DNA of 29,281 nucleotides from the IMG/VR virus record IMGVR_UViG_2671180846_000020, one strand, 5' to 3'. The stretch is from a virus. Its lineage: Duplodnaviria > Heunggongvirae > Uroviricota > Caudoviricetes. Position numbers and translations under genes: made by a program. How positions within the stretch are numbered: position 1 is the stretch's first letter; every line of letters starts with the position of its first letter. Below are positions 16,791 to 25,784 of this stretch, one piece after another. The notes beneath the pieces are model-generated. The model did not search any database. It was not told where the DNA came from and worked only from the letters and a program-made list of their open reading frames with translations.

Positions 16791-18890
16791 ATGGGTTTTT
16801 CATCAGCCCGAAATTTGGGAAGGGACATATCGGCAGGATTTTCCCCACCACGTCGCATGCCGATTTCGGAGGCTGTTAAAAAATTCATGCGTGTTCCCAA
16901 GGGGGCTGGTAACTCGGTGCCATGGGATCCTGAACTGACACCCTACATCATTGAGCCCATGAACTGCCTGGCATCGCGTGAATACGATGCGGTGATTTTT
17001 GTTGGTCCTGCGCGAACAGGGAAGACCATTGGTCTGATCGATGGATGGATTGTCTATACCATCGTTTGCGATCCTTCGGACATGCTCGTTGTGCAGATGA
17101 CCGAAGATAAGGCCCGCGAGCATTCTAAAAAGCGCCTCGACAGAACGTTCAGAAGCAGTGCGGCGGTAAAGAAAAGAATGAGTCCACGTCGTAACGACAA
17201 TAATGTCCATGATAAGACGTTCAGGGATGGCTCGTTCCTTAAAATTGGTTGGCCCTCGGTCAACATTATGTCGTCGTCGGATTACCGGTTTGTCGCCTTA
17301 ACCGATTACGACCGTTTTCCGGAGAATATCGACAGCGAGGGTGATGGTTTCTCCCTGGCCTCAAAACGTACCACCACATTTATGTCCGCTGGGATGACTC
17401 TGGTGGAGAGCTCGCCGGGACGTGACATCTGCGACAGCAAATGGCGACGTAAGTCGCCTCATGAAGCGCCACCGACGACTGGTATTCTTTCCCTTTACAA
17501 TCGTGGTGACCGCCGCCGCTGGTACTGGTCATGTCCGCACTGCGGTGAATATTTTCAGCCAGCCATGGATGCCATGACCGGCTACCGTAATGAACCGGAT
17601 CCCTTTAAAGCCAGTGAGGCGGCGTATCTACTTTGCCCGCACTGCAGCGGCATTATCACTGCGGAGAAAAAGCGTGAGCTCAATAGTGCAGGAGTCTGGT
17701 TGCGTGAAGGTCAGGTCATTGATCGTAACGGCAACGTTTCCGGTGAACCGCGCCGCTCCCGTATCGCCAGTTTCTGGATGGAAGGGCCAGCTGCTGCGTA
17801 TCAGACCTGGGCGCAACTGGTTTACAAATTACTGACTGCAGAACAGGAGTATGAAGCGACAGGAAGCGAAGAAACACTCAGGGCGGTTATCAACACCGAC
17901 TGGGGATTGCCTTATCTTCCTCGTGCCAGCATGGAGCAACGAAAAAGTGAACTGCTTGAGCAGCGGGCAGAGCCAGTTCCTTCCCGCAGTGTGCCGGATG
18001 GCGTTAATTTCCTTGTGGCGACAGTGGATGTGCAGGCGGGACGTCATCGCCGTTTTGTGGTTCAGGTAACGGGCTATGGCAGTCGTGGCGAACGCTGGAT
18101 TATTGATCGTTACAACATCACGCAGTCATTGCGCAGTGACTGCGACGGGGAGAGCCAGCGAATTGATCCGGCCAGCTATCCGGAAGACTGGGATGTCCTG
18201 CTGACGGATGTTTTTCATAAAAGCTGGCCGCTGGCCTCCGATCCTTCTCAACAAATGCGACTGATGGCAATGGCGGTGGACTCCGGCGGTGAAGACGGGG
18301 TCACTGATAATGCCTATAAATTCTGGCGTCGTTGCCGTCGTGATGGCCTTGGTAAACGTATTTACCTGTTTAAGGGTGACAGCATCCGGCGCGCAAAACT
18401 GATCAGCCGTACATTCCCTGATAACACCGGACGAACGGGCCGCCGGGCGCAGGCCGCAGGTGATGTGCCGCTCTGGCTTCTTCAGACGGATGCCCTGAAA
18501 GACCGGGTGAATAACGCGTTATGGCGTGACTCGCCAGGTCCAGGCTATGTGCATTTCCCTGACTGGCTGGGGAGCTGGTTTTACGACGAACTGACGTATG
18601 AAGAGCGGAGCAGTGACGGGAAATGGAGTAAGCCGGGTCGCGGTGCCAACGAAGCTTTTGACCTGATGGTGTATGCCGAGGCTCTGGTCATTCTGCATGG
18701 ATACGAAAAGATCCGCTGGCCGGATGCACCGGAGTGGGCGAGCCGGGAGACCTGGCTGGAGTGTGTCCAGGACAGTACCGAACCGTCATCCTCACCGGAA
18801 CCGGTATCCACGCCTGTTAAAAAACAAAAACGGAAGAAAACAGTAACTGACGATGTTAACCCCTGGCTGACTTCCGGAGGATGGTTATGA
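16791..18890 (+). CDS. terminase large subunit (lambda gpA-like)
   Basis: 699-aa protein with a Walker A-like GPARTGKT and the lambda-A-like motif CPHCGEYF; strong AGGAGG SD. Confidence 0.9.
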   Translation: MGFSSARNLGRDISAGFSPPRRMPISEAVKKFMRVPKGAGNSVPWDPELTPYIIEPMNCLASREYDAVIFVGPARTGKTIGLIDGWIVYTIVCDPSDMLVVQMTEDKAREHSKKRLDRTFRSSAAVKKRMSPRRNDNNVHDKTFRDGSFLKIGWPSVNIMSSSDYRFVALTDYDRFPENIDSEGDGFSLASKRTTTFMSAGMTLVESSPGRDICDSKWRRKSPHEAPPTTGILSLYNRGDRRRWYWSCPHCGEYFQPAMDAMTGYRNEPDPFKASEAAYLLCPHCSGIITAEKKRELNSAGVWLREGQVIDRNGNVSGEPRRSRIASFWMEGPAAAYQTWAQLVYKLLTAEQEYEATGSEETLRAVINTDWGLPYLPRASMEQRKSELLEQRAEPVPSRSVPDGVNFLVATVDVQAGRHRRFVVQVTGYGSRGERWIIDRYNITQSLRSDCDGESQRIDPASYPEDWDVLLTDVFHKSWPLASDPSQQMRLMAMAVDSGGEDGVTDNAYKFWRRCRRDGLGKRIYLFKGDSIRRAKLISRTFPDNTGRTGRRAQAAGDVPLWLLQTDALKDRVNNALWRDSPGPGYVHFPDWLGSWFYDELTYEERSSDGKWSKPGRGANEAFDLMVYAEALVILHGYEKIRWPDAPEWASRETWLECVQDSTEPSSSPEPVSTPVKKQKRKKTVTDDVNPWLTSGGWL

Positions 18891-19099
18891 ACCAGAATGA
18901 TATCGAAGCCATGATTCAGCGTTATACGGAAGCTGAAATGGCGGTGCTGGACGGAAAATCCGTCACCTTTAATGGTCAGCAGATGACCATGGAAAACTTA
19001 TCTGAGATCCGGCAGGGACGGCAGGAGTGGGAGCGCCGCCTTGCGGCTCTGATTACACGACGACGGGGGCATCCCGGGTACCGGCTGGCGAGGTTCTGA
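18887..19099 (+). CDS. head-tail joining protein (lambda gpW-like)
   Basis: About 70-aa ORF between the large terminase and portal, the gpW position; its start overlaps the terminase stop. Confidence 0.65.
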   Translation: MNQNDIEAMIQRYTEAEMAVLDGKSVTFNGQQMTMENLSEIRQGRQEWERRLAALITRRRGHPGYRLARF

Positions 19100-20607
19100 T
19101 GGCAATTCTTGATGATGTGATTGGCGTTTTTTCACCAGGATGGAAAGCGGCAAGGCTGCGTTCCCGTGCGGTGATCCAGGCTTATGAGGCCGTAAAAACG
19201 ACGCGGACACACAAAGCCCGACGGGAGAACCGAACTGCCGACCAGTTAAGCCAGTACGGGGCCGTGTCGTTACGTGAGCAGGCCCGTTACCTTGATAACA
19301 ACCACGATCTGGTTATTGGTGTATTTGACAAGCTGGAAGAACGGGTGGTGGGGAAAAACGGGATTATTGTCGAGCCACATCCGGTATTACGCAATGGGGC
19401 CATTGCCCGTGACCTGGCTGCGGAGATTCGCACCCGATGGAGTGAATGGTCTGTCAGCCCGGAAGTCACCGGGCAGTTTACCCGTCCGATGCTGGAACGT
19501 CTGATGCTTCGTACCTGGCTGCGCGATGGTGAGGTGTTTGCCCAGATGGTTTCCGGGCGCATAAACAGCCTGGCGCCTTCTGCCGGTGTTCATTTCTGGC
19601 TGGAGGCGCTCGAGCCGGACTTTATTCCCATGACTAGTGATGAGAGCAACAGGCTGAATCAGGGCGTGTTTGTTGATGACTGGGGGCGTCCCGAAAAATA
19701 TCTGGTGTATAAAAGCCGTCCCGTATCCGGACGGCAGATGGAAACCAAAGAAGTGGATGCAGAGCGAATGCTGCATCTTAAATTTGTTCGCCGTCTGCAC
19801 CAGATGCGCGGGACGTCTTTGTTGTCCGGTGTGCTGATCCGCCTCAGTGCCCTGAAAGAATATGAAGATTCTGAGCTGACTGCAGCAAGGATCGCCGCTG
19901 CTCTGGGGATGTACATCCGGAAAGGCGACGGGCAGAGCTATGAACCGGATGGTAATGGCAGAAAGGAGAATGAACGTGAGCTTACCATTCAGCCGGGCAT
20001 TATTTACGACGATCTGAAACCCGGCGAAGAAATCGGAATGGTGAAGTCGGATCGCCCCAATCCTAACCTTGAAACTTTTCGTAATGGTCAGTTGCGTGCC
20101 GTGGCGGCGGGCAGTCGTCTGAGTTTTTCCAGTACAGCGCGCAACTATAACGGCACTTACAGCGCCCAGCGTCAGGAGCTGGTTGAATCCACTGATGGCT
20201 ACCTGATCCTGCAGGACTGGTTTATTGGTGCCGTCACCCGCCCGATGTATCGTGCATGGCTGAAACAGGCTGTGGCATCCGGTGTTATCAGGCTACCCCG
20301 CGATCTTGACCGTTCTTCACTGTATACCGCGGTGTATTCCGGACCAGTGATGCCGTGGATTGACCCTGTTAAGGAGGCTGAGGCCTGGAAAATCCAGATT
20401 CGTGGTGGAGCGGCGACAGAATCAGACTGGGTACGTGCTGGTGGTCGTAATCCGGATGATGTCAAACGTCGGCGCAAGGCCGAAATTGATGAAAACCGCA
20501 AGCTGGATCTGGTATTTGATACCGATCCGGCCAGTGATAAAGGAGGCAGTAGTGCCGCAACGAAACGACAGGAGCCGCAGCACACCGACGACCAGTCCGA
20601 AGAATAA
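19099..20607 (+). CDS. portal protein (lambda gpB-like)
   Basis: About 500-aa protein after W; its ATG overlaps the W stop; lambda gene order. Confidence 0.85.
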   Translation: MAILDDVIGVFSPGWKAARLRSRAVIQAYEAVKTTRTHKARRENRTADQLSQYGAVSLREQARYLDNNHDLVIGVFDKLEERVVGKNGIIVEPHPVLRNGAIARDLAAEIRTRWSEWSVSPEVTGQFTRPMLERLMLRTWLRDGEVFAQMVSGRINSLAPSAGVHFWLEALEPDFIPMTSDESNRLNQGVFVDDWGRPEKYLVYKSRPVSGRQMETKEVDAERMLHLKFVRRLHQMRGTSLLSGVLIRLSALKEYEDSELTAARIAAALGMYIRKGDGQSYEPDGNGRKENERELTIQPGIIYDDLKPGEEIGMVKSDRPNPNLETFRNGQLRAVAAGSRLSFSSTARNYNGTYSAQRQELVESTDGYLILQDWFIGAVTRPMYRAWLKQAVASGVIRLPRDLDRSSLYTAVYSGPVMPWIDPVKEAEAWKIQIRGGAATESDWVRAGGRNPDDVKRRRKAEIDENRKLDLVFDTDPASDKGGSSAATKRQEPQHTDDQSEE

Positions 20608-20620
20608 TTCCTGGTTCAGG

Positions 20621-22579
20621 ATGCAGGCTGGTCACCAGAGTGACGCGGATATTTATATTTATGACGAGATTGGTTTCTGGGGTGTTACAGCGAAGCAGTT
20701 TATCAGTGATCTGAATGCACTGGGCGATATCACCCACATTAATCTCCATATTAATTCACCGGGTGGCGATGTCTTTGAAGGCATCGCCATTTTTAATGCG
20801 CTGAAAACACATGGTGCGTCCATTACCGTTTATGTCGACGGTGTGGCGGCGTCAATGGCGTCGGTCATTGCGATGGTAGGAAACCCGGTCATTATGCCGG
20901 AAAACTCCTTCATGATGATTCATAAACCATTTGGCTTTACGGGCGGTGATGCGGAGGACATGCGCACCTATGCCGACCTGCTCGATAAAGTTGAGGCGGT
21001 TCTGTTACCCGCTTATGCACAGAAAACCGGGAAAACCACCGATGAAATTGCTGCCATGCTGGCGGATGAGACCTGGATGTCCGGTGCCGAATGTCTGGCA
21101 CAGGGATTTGCTGATCAGGTGACACCAGCCGTTAAGGCAATGGCATGTATTCAGTCAAAACGTACAGAGGAATTTAAAAAGATGCCGGAATCCATTCGAA
21201 ATATGATTACTCCGCCACGCAACAGTGCTCCACGCGTACAGGATGATGGACCTGCAGCCTCCCGGACGCCAGTGCAGGCAGCAGCACCCGTGGTGGATGA
21301 AAACAGCATCCGTGCGCAGGTCCTGGCAGAGCAAAAAGCGCGTGTAAACGGTATTAATGATCTGTTTGCCATGTTTGGCGGGCGTTATCAGTCGTTGCAG
21401 GCTCAGTGTCTTGCCGATCCTGAATGTTCGCTGGAGCAGGCCCGCGAAAAGCTGTTGAACGAGATGGGGCGCGAGTCCACGCCATCCAATAAAAATACCC
21501 CGGCTCATATTTATGCCGGTAACGGTAATTTTGTGGGGGACGGGATCCGCCAGGCGCTGATGGCGCGCGCCGGGTTTGAAAAAACTGAACGTGATAATGT
21601 CTACAACGGGATGACCCTGCGTGAATATGCCCGTATGTCACTGACTGAACGTGGTATTGGTGTTTCCAGTTATAACCCGATGCAGATGGTCGGTGCGGCG
21701 TTCACACACAGTACGTCTGACTTCGGTAATATTCTGCTGGATGTTGCGAACAAAGCCATTCTGCAGGGCTGGGAAGATGCCCCTGAAACCTATGAACAGT
21801 GGACGCGGAAAGGTCAGTTGTCTGATTTTAAAATTGCCCATCGTGTGGGTATGGGGGGCTTCAGTGCTCTGCGTCAGGTGCGTGAAGGGGCAGAATATAA
21901 ATACGTCACCACCGGAGATAAACAGGCCACTATTGCACTGGCGACCTATGGCGAGCTGTTCAGTATCACCCGTCAGGCCATTATCAATGATGATCTGAAT
22001 ATGCTGACCGATGTCCCGATGAAGCTGGGCCGTGCGGCGAAATCCACTATTGCCGATCTGGTTTATGCCATTCTGACGTCTAACCCGAAAATCTCCACAG
22101 ATAATGTAAGTCTGTTCGATAAAGCGAAACATGCAAACGTACTGGAGAGCGCGGCAATGGACGTGGCATCGCTGGATAAAGCCCGCCAGTTGATGCGCGT
22201 TCAGAAAGAGGGTGAGCGTCATCTGAATATTCGTCCTGCGTTCGTACTGGTACCGACGGCGATGGAGTCTGTTGCTAACCAGGTCATTCGCTCCTCAAGT
22301 GTCAAGGGGGCTGACATTAACGCCGGTATTATTAACCCGGTGAAAGATTTTGCGACCGTTATTGCAGAGCCTCGTCTTGATGATAACAGCCAGACCACCT
22401 TCTACCTGGCTGCGTCCAAAGGCTCCGATACGATTGAAGTGGCTTATCTCAACGGTGTGGATACGCCATATATTGATCAGATGGAGGGCTTCAGTGTGGA
22501 TGGCGTGACAACGAAAGTGCGTATTGACGCTGGTGTTGCGCCAGTTGATCACCGCGGCCTGGTGAAATGTACGGCGTAA
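20621..22579 (+). CDS. prohead protease (ClpP/S49-like) fused to an HK97-fold major capsid protein
   Basis: The N-terminal third has the ClpP-like motif INSPGGDVFEGIAIFNALK...ASMASVIA; the C-terminal portion resembles HK97-type major capsid proteins. It is one continuous frame of 652 aa from the ATG at 20621. Confidence 0.75.
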   Translation: MQAGHQSDADIYIYDEIGFWGVTAKQFISDLNALGDITHINLHINSPGGDVFEGIAIFNALKTHGASITVYVDGVAASMASVIAMVGNPVIMPENSFMMIHKPFGFTGGDAEDMRTYADLLDKVEAVLLPAYAQKTGKTTDEIAAMLADETWMSGAECLAQGFADQVTPAVKAMACIQSKRTEEFKKMPESIRNMITPPRNSAPRVQDDGPAASRTPVQAAAPVVDENSIRAQVLAEQKARVNGINDLFAMFGGRYQSLQAQCLADPECSLEQAREKLLNEMGRESTPSNKNTPAHIYAGNGNFVGDGIRQALMARAGFEKTERDNVYNGMTLREYARMSLTERGIGVSSYNPMQMVGAAFTHSTSDFGNILLDVANKAILQGWEDAPETYEQWTRKGQLSDFKIAHRVGMGGFSALRQVREGAEYKYVTTGDKQATIALATYGELFSITRQAIINDDLNMLTDVPMKLGRAAKSTIADLVYAILTSNPKISTDNVSLFDKAKHANVLESAAMDVASLDKARQLMRVQKEGERHLNIRPAFVLVPTAMESVANQVIRSSSVKGADINAGIINPVKDFATVIAEPRLDDNSQTTFYLAASKGSDTIEVAYLNGVDTPYIDQMEGFSVDGVTTKVRIDAGVAPVDHRGLVKCTA

Positions 22580-22597
22580 ACGTCGCAGACAACAACT

Positions 22598-22622
22598 CTG
22601 ATGGCCCGTAAGGGCTTTTTTT
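22598..22622 (+). terminator. hairpin/terminator after the capsid gene
   Basis: GCCC-GTAA-GGGC followed by TTTTTTTG; a second hairpin CAGCCCC-TGAAC-GGGGCTG follows at 22633-22651. Confidence 0.45.
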
Positions 22623-22665
22623 GTACCTGAAATCAGCCCCTGAACGGGGCTGTGCGGAGACAGTT

Positions 22666-22989
22666 ATGGCAAAGAATTTTGTAGAAGAAGGAAAAACGGT
22701 GGCGATTGTTGCCAGTGCAGCCATCAGCAGCGGAGATCTGGTGCAGGTGGGGGATGTTTTTGCGGTGGCGCTGACCGATATTCCACAGGGAGAAACAGGC
22801 GACGGCATAACCGAAGGTGTGTTTATGCTGCCTAAGCTGAAAACGGATGACATGAAAACGGGTAAGAAGGTTTATCTGAAGTCAGGAAAAGTTCAGCTGA
22901 CTAACAGCGGCTCTGAGCCGCTGGTCGGGGTTGTCTGGGCAGATGCCGGAACCAGTGCAGAAGAAGTGCCGGTAAAACTCAATGTCTGA
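22666..22989 (+). CDS. small capsid-associated protein (DUF2190-like; possible decoration or FI-position protein)
   Basis: 107-aa Gly/Val-rich ORF directly after the capsid gene; GGAGA SD. Confidence 0.5.
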   Translation: MAKNFVEEGKTVAIVASAAISSGDLVQVGDVFAVALTDIPQGETGDGITEGVFMLPKLKTDDMKTGKKVYLKSGKVQLTNSGSEPLVGVVWADAGTSAEEVPVKLNV

Positions 22990-23257
22990 TCCCTTTTCCC
23001 GGCTGGCAGCGCGTATGGATGCGATCACGGTCAGAAAGATGGGAAAGACAGCCTCGATTAATGATGTCGATATGATTGTGATCCCGGGAGAAACACTGGC
23101 AGAGCTGAATGCTCTGTCCGGACCTGCGGTCTCTCTGGTGGTGTTTTCTTCGGGATACCGCCCACGGCGCGGGGATCGCGTTGTTTATGACGGACAACAA
23201 TGGACGGTCACACGGCATGAACGTTTTAACGGTAAGCCAATGATCTTTATTGAGTAA
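22982..23257 (+). CDS. head-tail connector / head completion protein (FII-position)
   Basis: 91-aa ORF between the capsid and tail genes, overlapping the previous stop. Confidence 0.5.
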   Translation: MSDPFSRLAARMDAITVRKMGKTASINDVDMIVIPGETLAELNALSGPAVSLVVFSSGYRPRRGDRVVYDGQQWTVTRHERFNGKPMIFIE

Positions 23258-23268
23258 AGAGGTGTGGG

Positions 23269-23847
23269 ATGAAGGGGCTTGAGAATGCCATCCGCAATCT
23301 GAACAGCCTTGATACCCGTATGGTGCCACAGGCCAGCGCATGGGCGATAAACCGTGTGGCACAGAAAGCGGTCTCGGTTGCCACCCGGCAGGTTGCCGGG
23401 AATACCGTTGCGGGAGATAACCAGGTGAAAGGGATCCCCCTGAAACTGGTACGTCAGCGTGTCCGGGTGTTTAAAGCCAGTCCGTCAGGAAAAATGACGG
23501 TCAGGATCCGCGTTAACCGGGGCAATCTGCCCGCCATTAAGCTGGGGACAGCCCGGGTCAGACTGGCCCGGCGTGGTGGAAAACTGCAGTACCGTGGCAG
23601 TGTGCTGAAGGTGGGTAAATATCTTTTCCGGGATGCGTTTATTCAGCAACTGGCGAATGGTCGCTGGCATGTGATGCGACGTATTGATGGCAAAAATCGT
23701 TACCCCATTGATGTGGTGAAAATCCCGCTGTCCGGATCGCTGACACAGGCATTTGAAGATGCCCGCGACCACATCATTGCTGCGGAAATGCCGAAACAGC
23801 TGGGGTATGCACTAAAACAACAACTGAGGTTATGGCTGACCCGATGA
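23269..23847 (+). CDS. minor tail protein Z-like
   Basis: 192 aa, the same length as lambda gpZ, in the position before U and V. Confidence 0.65.
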   Translation: MKGLENAIRNLNSLDTRMVPQASAWAINRVAQKAVSVATRQVAGNTVAGDNQVKGIPLKLVRQRVRVFKASPSGKMTVRIRVNRGNLPAIKLGTARVRLARRGGKLQYRGSVLKVGKYLFRDAFIQQLANGRWHVMRRIDGKNRYPIDVVKIPLSGSLTQAFEDARDHIIAAEMPKQLGYALKQQLRLWLTR

Positions 23848-24245
23848 ACCGACATACACAAATCCGCCAGGCCGTACTGGCACGCCTTCGGGAACAGTGT
23901 GGAGACAGCGCCACGTTTTTTGACGGGCTTCCGGCATTTATTGATGCGCAGGAACTGCCTGCCGTGGCGGTGTGGCTGAGTGATGCTCAGTACACCGGAA
24001 AAATGACGGATGAAGATGACTGGCAGGCTGTTCTGCATATTGCCGTCTTCATCCGGGCACAGGCACCGGATTCAGAGCTGGATATGTGGATGGAGAGCAC
24101 CATTTTCCCTGCCCTGAATGATATACCGGCACTTTCCGGACTCATCGACACCCTGATCCCACTCGGTTTTAACTATCAACGTGATAATGAGATGGCCACC
24201 TGGGCGATGGCGGAAATCACGTACCAGATCACGTACACGAATTAA
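23832..24245 (+). CDS. tail terminator protein U-like
   Basis: 137 aa, overlapping the Z stop and immediately upstream of the major tail gene. Confidence 0.65.
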   Translation: MADPMNRHTQIRQAVLARLREQCGDSATFFDGLPAFIDAQELPAVAVWLSDAQYTGKMTDEDDWQAVLHIAVFIRAQAPDSELDMWMESTIFPALNDIPALSGLIDTLIPLGFNYQRDNEMATWAMAEITYQITYTN

Positions 24246-24255
24246 GGAGGTGGTA

Positions 24256-24999
24256 ATGACCACACCAAATCCACTGGCAAAGACGAAAGGTGCGGGGACG
24301 ACGTTCTGGATGTATACCGGCAACGGCGATGCGTTTGCGAACCCTTTGTCGGACACTGACTGGCTGCGTCTTGCGATGGTGAAGGATCTGCAACCTGGCG
24401 AAATGACCGCTGATGCAGAAGATGACACTTATCTCGATGATGAAGATGCAGACTGGAAAACGACAACCCAGGGGCAGAAATCCGTTGGTGATACTTCGGC
24501 GACGCTGGCCTGGCGTCCGGGTGACAGCGGGCAGAAAAAACTGGTTCAGTTGTTCGACTCCGGTGAAGTCTGCGCGTTTCGTATCAAATATCCCAACGGC
24601 ACTGTTGATGTTTTCCGTGGCTGGCTGAGCTCACTGGGTAAAACCATTGCCTCAAAAGACGTGATGACCCGCACTGTGAAAATCAGCGGTGTGGGGCGTC
24701 CGTATCTGGCAGAGGAAGGCACTGAAACCGTGAGCGTTACCGGGCTGACAGTATCACCGGCGTCTGCCAGTGTAAAAGTGGGAGCAACCACCACGCTGAC
24801 CTTTACAGTAAAACCTGACGGAGCCAGTGACAAAGCGATCAGTGTGCATTCGTCAGATCCACAGACTGCCACGGTTACCCTGAACGGACTTGTGGCCACG
24901 GTAAAAGGCGTGAAGCAGGGCAGTGTCAGCATTGTGGGCATGACCGCTGACGGGAATTTTGTGGCTGTGACTGCGGTGACTGTCAGCGCAGCAGGTTAA
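24256..24999 (+). CDS. major tail protein V-like with C-terminal Ig-like (Big_2) domain
   Basis: AAGGAGG SD; about 247 aa; the C-terminal ~90 aa are Thr/Val/Ser-rich beta-strand sequence (VTGLTVSPASASVKVGATTTLTFTVKPDG...) typical of Big_2 domains on lambda-like tail tubes. Confidence 0.8.
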   Translation: MTTPNPLAKTKGAGTTFWMYTGNGDAFANPLSDTDWLRLAMVKDLQPGEMTADAEDDTYLDDEDADWKTTTQGQKSVGDTSATLAWRPGDSGQKKLVQLFDSGEVCAFRIKYPNGTVDVFRGWLSSLGKTIASKDVMTRTVKISGVGRPYLAEEGTETVSVTGLTVSPASASVKVGATTTLTFTVKPDGASDKAISVHSSDPQTATVTLNGLVATVKGVKQGSVSIVGMTADGNFVAVTAVTVSAAG

Positions 25000-25017
25000 C
25001 AGGACGATACTCATCAT

Positions 25018-25046
25018 TTGCCCCGGTTATTCGGGGCTTTTTTGCA
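25018..25046 (+). terminator. hairpin/terminator after the major tail gene
   Basis: CCCCG-GTTATT-CGGGG followed by CTTTTTTGC. Confidence 0.5.
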
Positions 25047-25056
25047 GGTGGAGAAC

Positions 25057-25446
25057 ATGATGTTTCTGAAACAGGACACGTTTAATTATGAAAAACAGTC
25101 CGTGGTGCTCAGTGAGCTGTCCGGGCTGCAGAGAATTGAATATCTGACGTTTGTTCAGCAGCGAACGGCAAAGTTTGATGCCGGGGAGGGAGAACTGCCG
25201 GAGGCTGAACGACAGATTGCTTTTCTGCGGATGGGGATGGATATCAATGCCTGGCTGGTTTCCCGCTCACTGTGGAATGCGGATCAGTCTAAGGATGTAG
25301 AGACGCTTTGCGCATCCGTTATTACAACATGGTCGTATGATGCCCTGGGTGCGGGGGCGGAGATGGTTCTGTCGCTGAGCGGTATGGGGGCCATTGATAA
25401 TGCCGTGGATGATGAGCATGAGGCGCTGACGCCGGAAAAGTCCTGA
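25057..25446 (+). CDS. tail assembly chaperone G-like
   Basis: About 129-aa acidic protein between the major tail and tape-measure genes; followed by a -1-frame ORF, as in lambda G/T. Confidence 0.7.
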   Translation: MMFLKQDTFNYEKQSVVLSELSGLQRIEYLTFVQQRTAKFDAGEGELPEAERQIAFLRMGMDINAWLVSRSLWNADQSKDVETLCASVITTWSYDALGAGAEMVLSLSGMGAIDNAVDDEHEALTPEKS

Positions 25447-25784
25447 CGCGGGAAATGCAGTTTGTCATGCGGCTTGCCCGGGAGTTCCGGCGGGCAGACT
25501 GGCGGCGGATGCTGTCGGAAATGTCGGCCACTGAGCTTGGTGAGTGGGGCGATTATTTCCGGATGCAGAGCTTCAGTGATGTGTGGATGGATGCGCAGTT
25601 TGCCTCGCTGAAGGCATTGATCGTGAGAATGGTGTCCGGCAGCAGTGATGCTGCGGTGGCTGATTTCAGCCTTTTACCGGAAGAGAACGGGATACCGGAG
25701 CGAACGGACGAAGAACTGATGCATCTTGGGGAAGGTATTTCCGGAGGTGTGCGTTATGGACCAGATAGCCAACCTGGTCATTGA
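25431..25784 (+). CDS. T-like portion of the G-T tail assembly protein, reached by a putative -1 frameshift
   Basis: The ORF 25455-25784 is in the -1 frame relative to G and is open from just before the G stop. An A-rich stretch CCGGAAAAG lies at 25432-25440. Standalone expression is unlikely. Confidence 0.5.
   Translation, partial: AGKVLTREMQFVMRLAREFRRADWRRMLSEMSATELGEWGDYFRMQSFSDVWMDAQFASLKALIVRMVSGSSDAAVADFSLLPEENGIPERTDEELMHLGEGISGGVRYGPDSQPGH

Noticed and set aside
16803-22853. Numerous minus-strand ORFs within the terminase, portal and capsid genes (for example 16803-17210, 19387-19800, 20199-20585, 21638-22222, 22491-22853)
   Set aside because: All are antisense to long, well-supported structural genes in a GC-rich region where spurious open frames are common.
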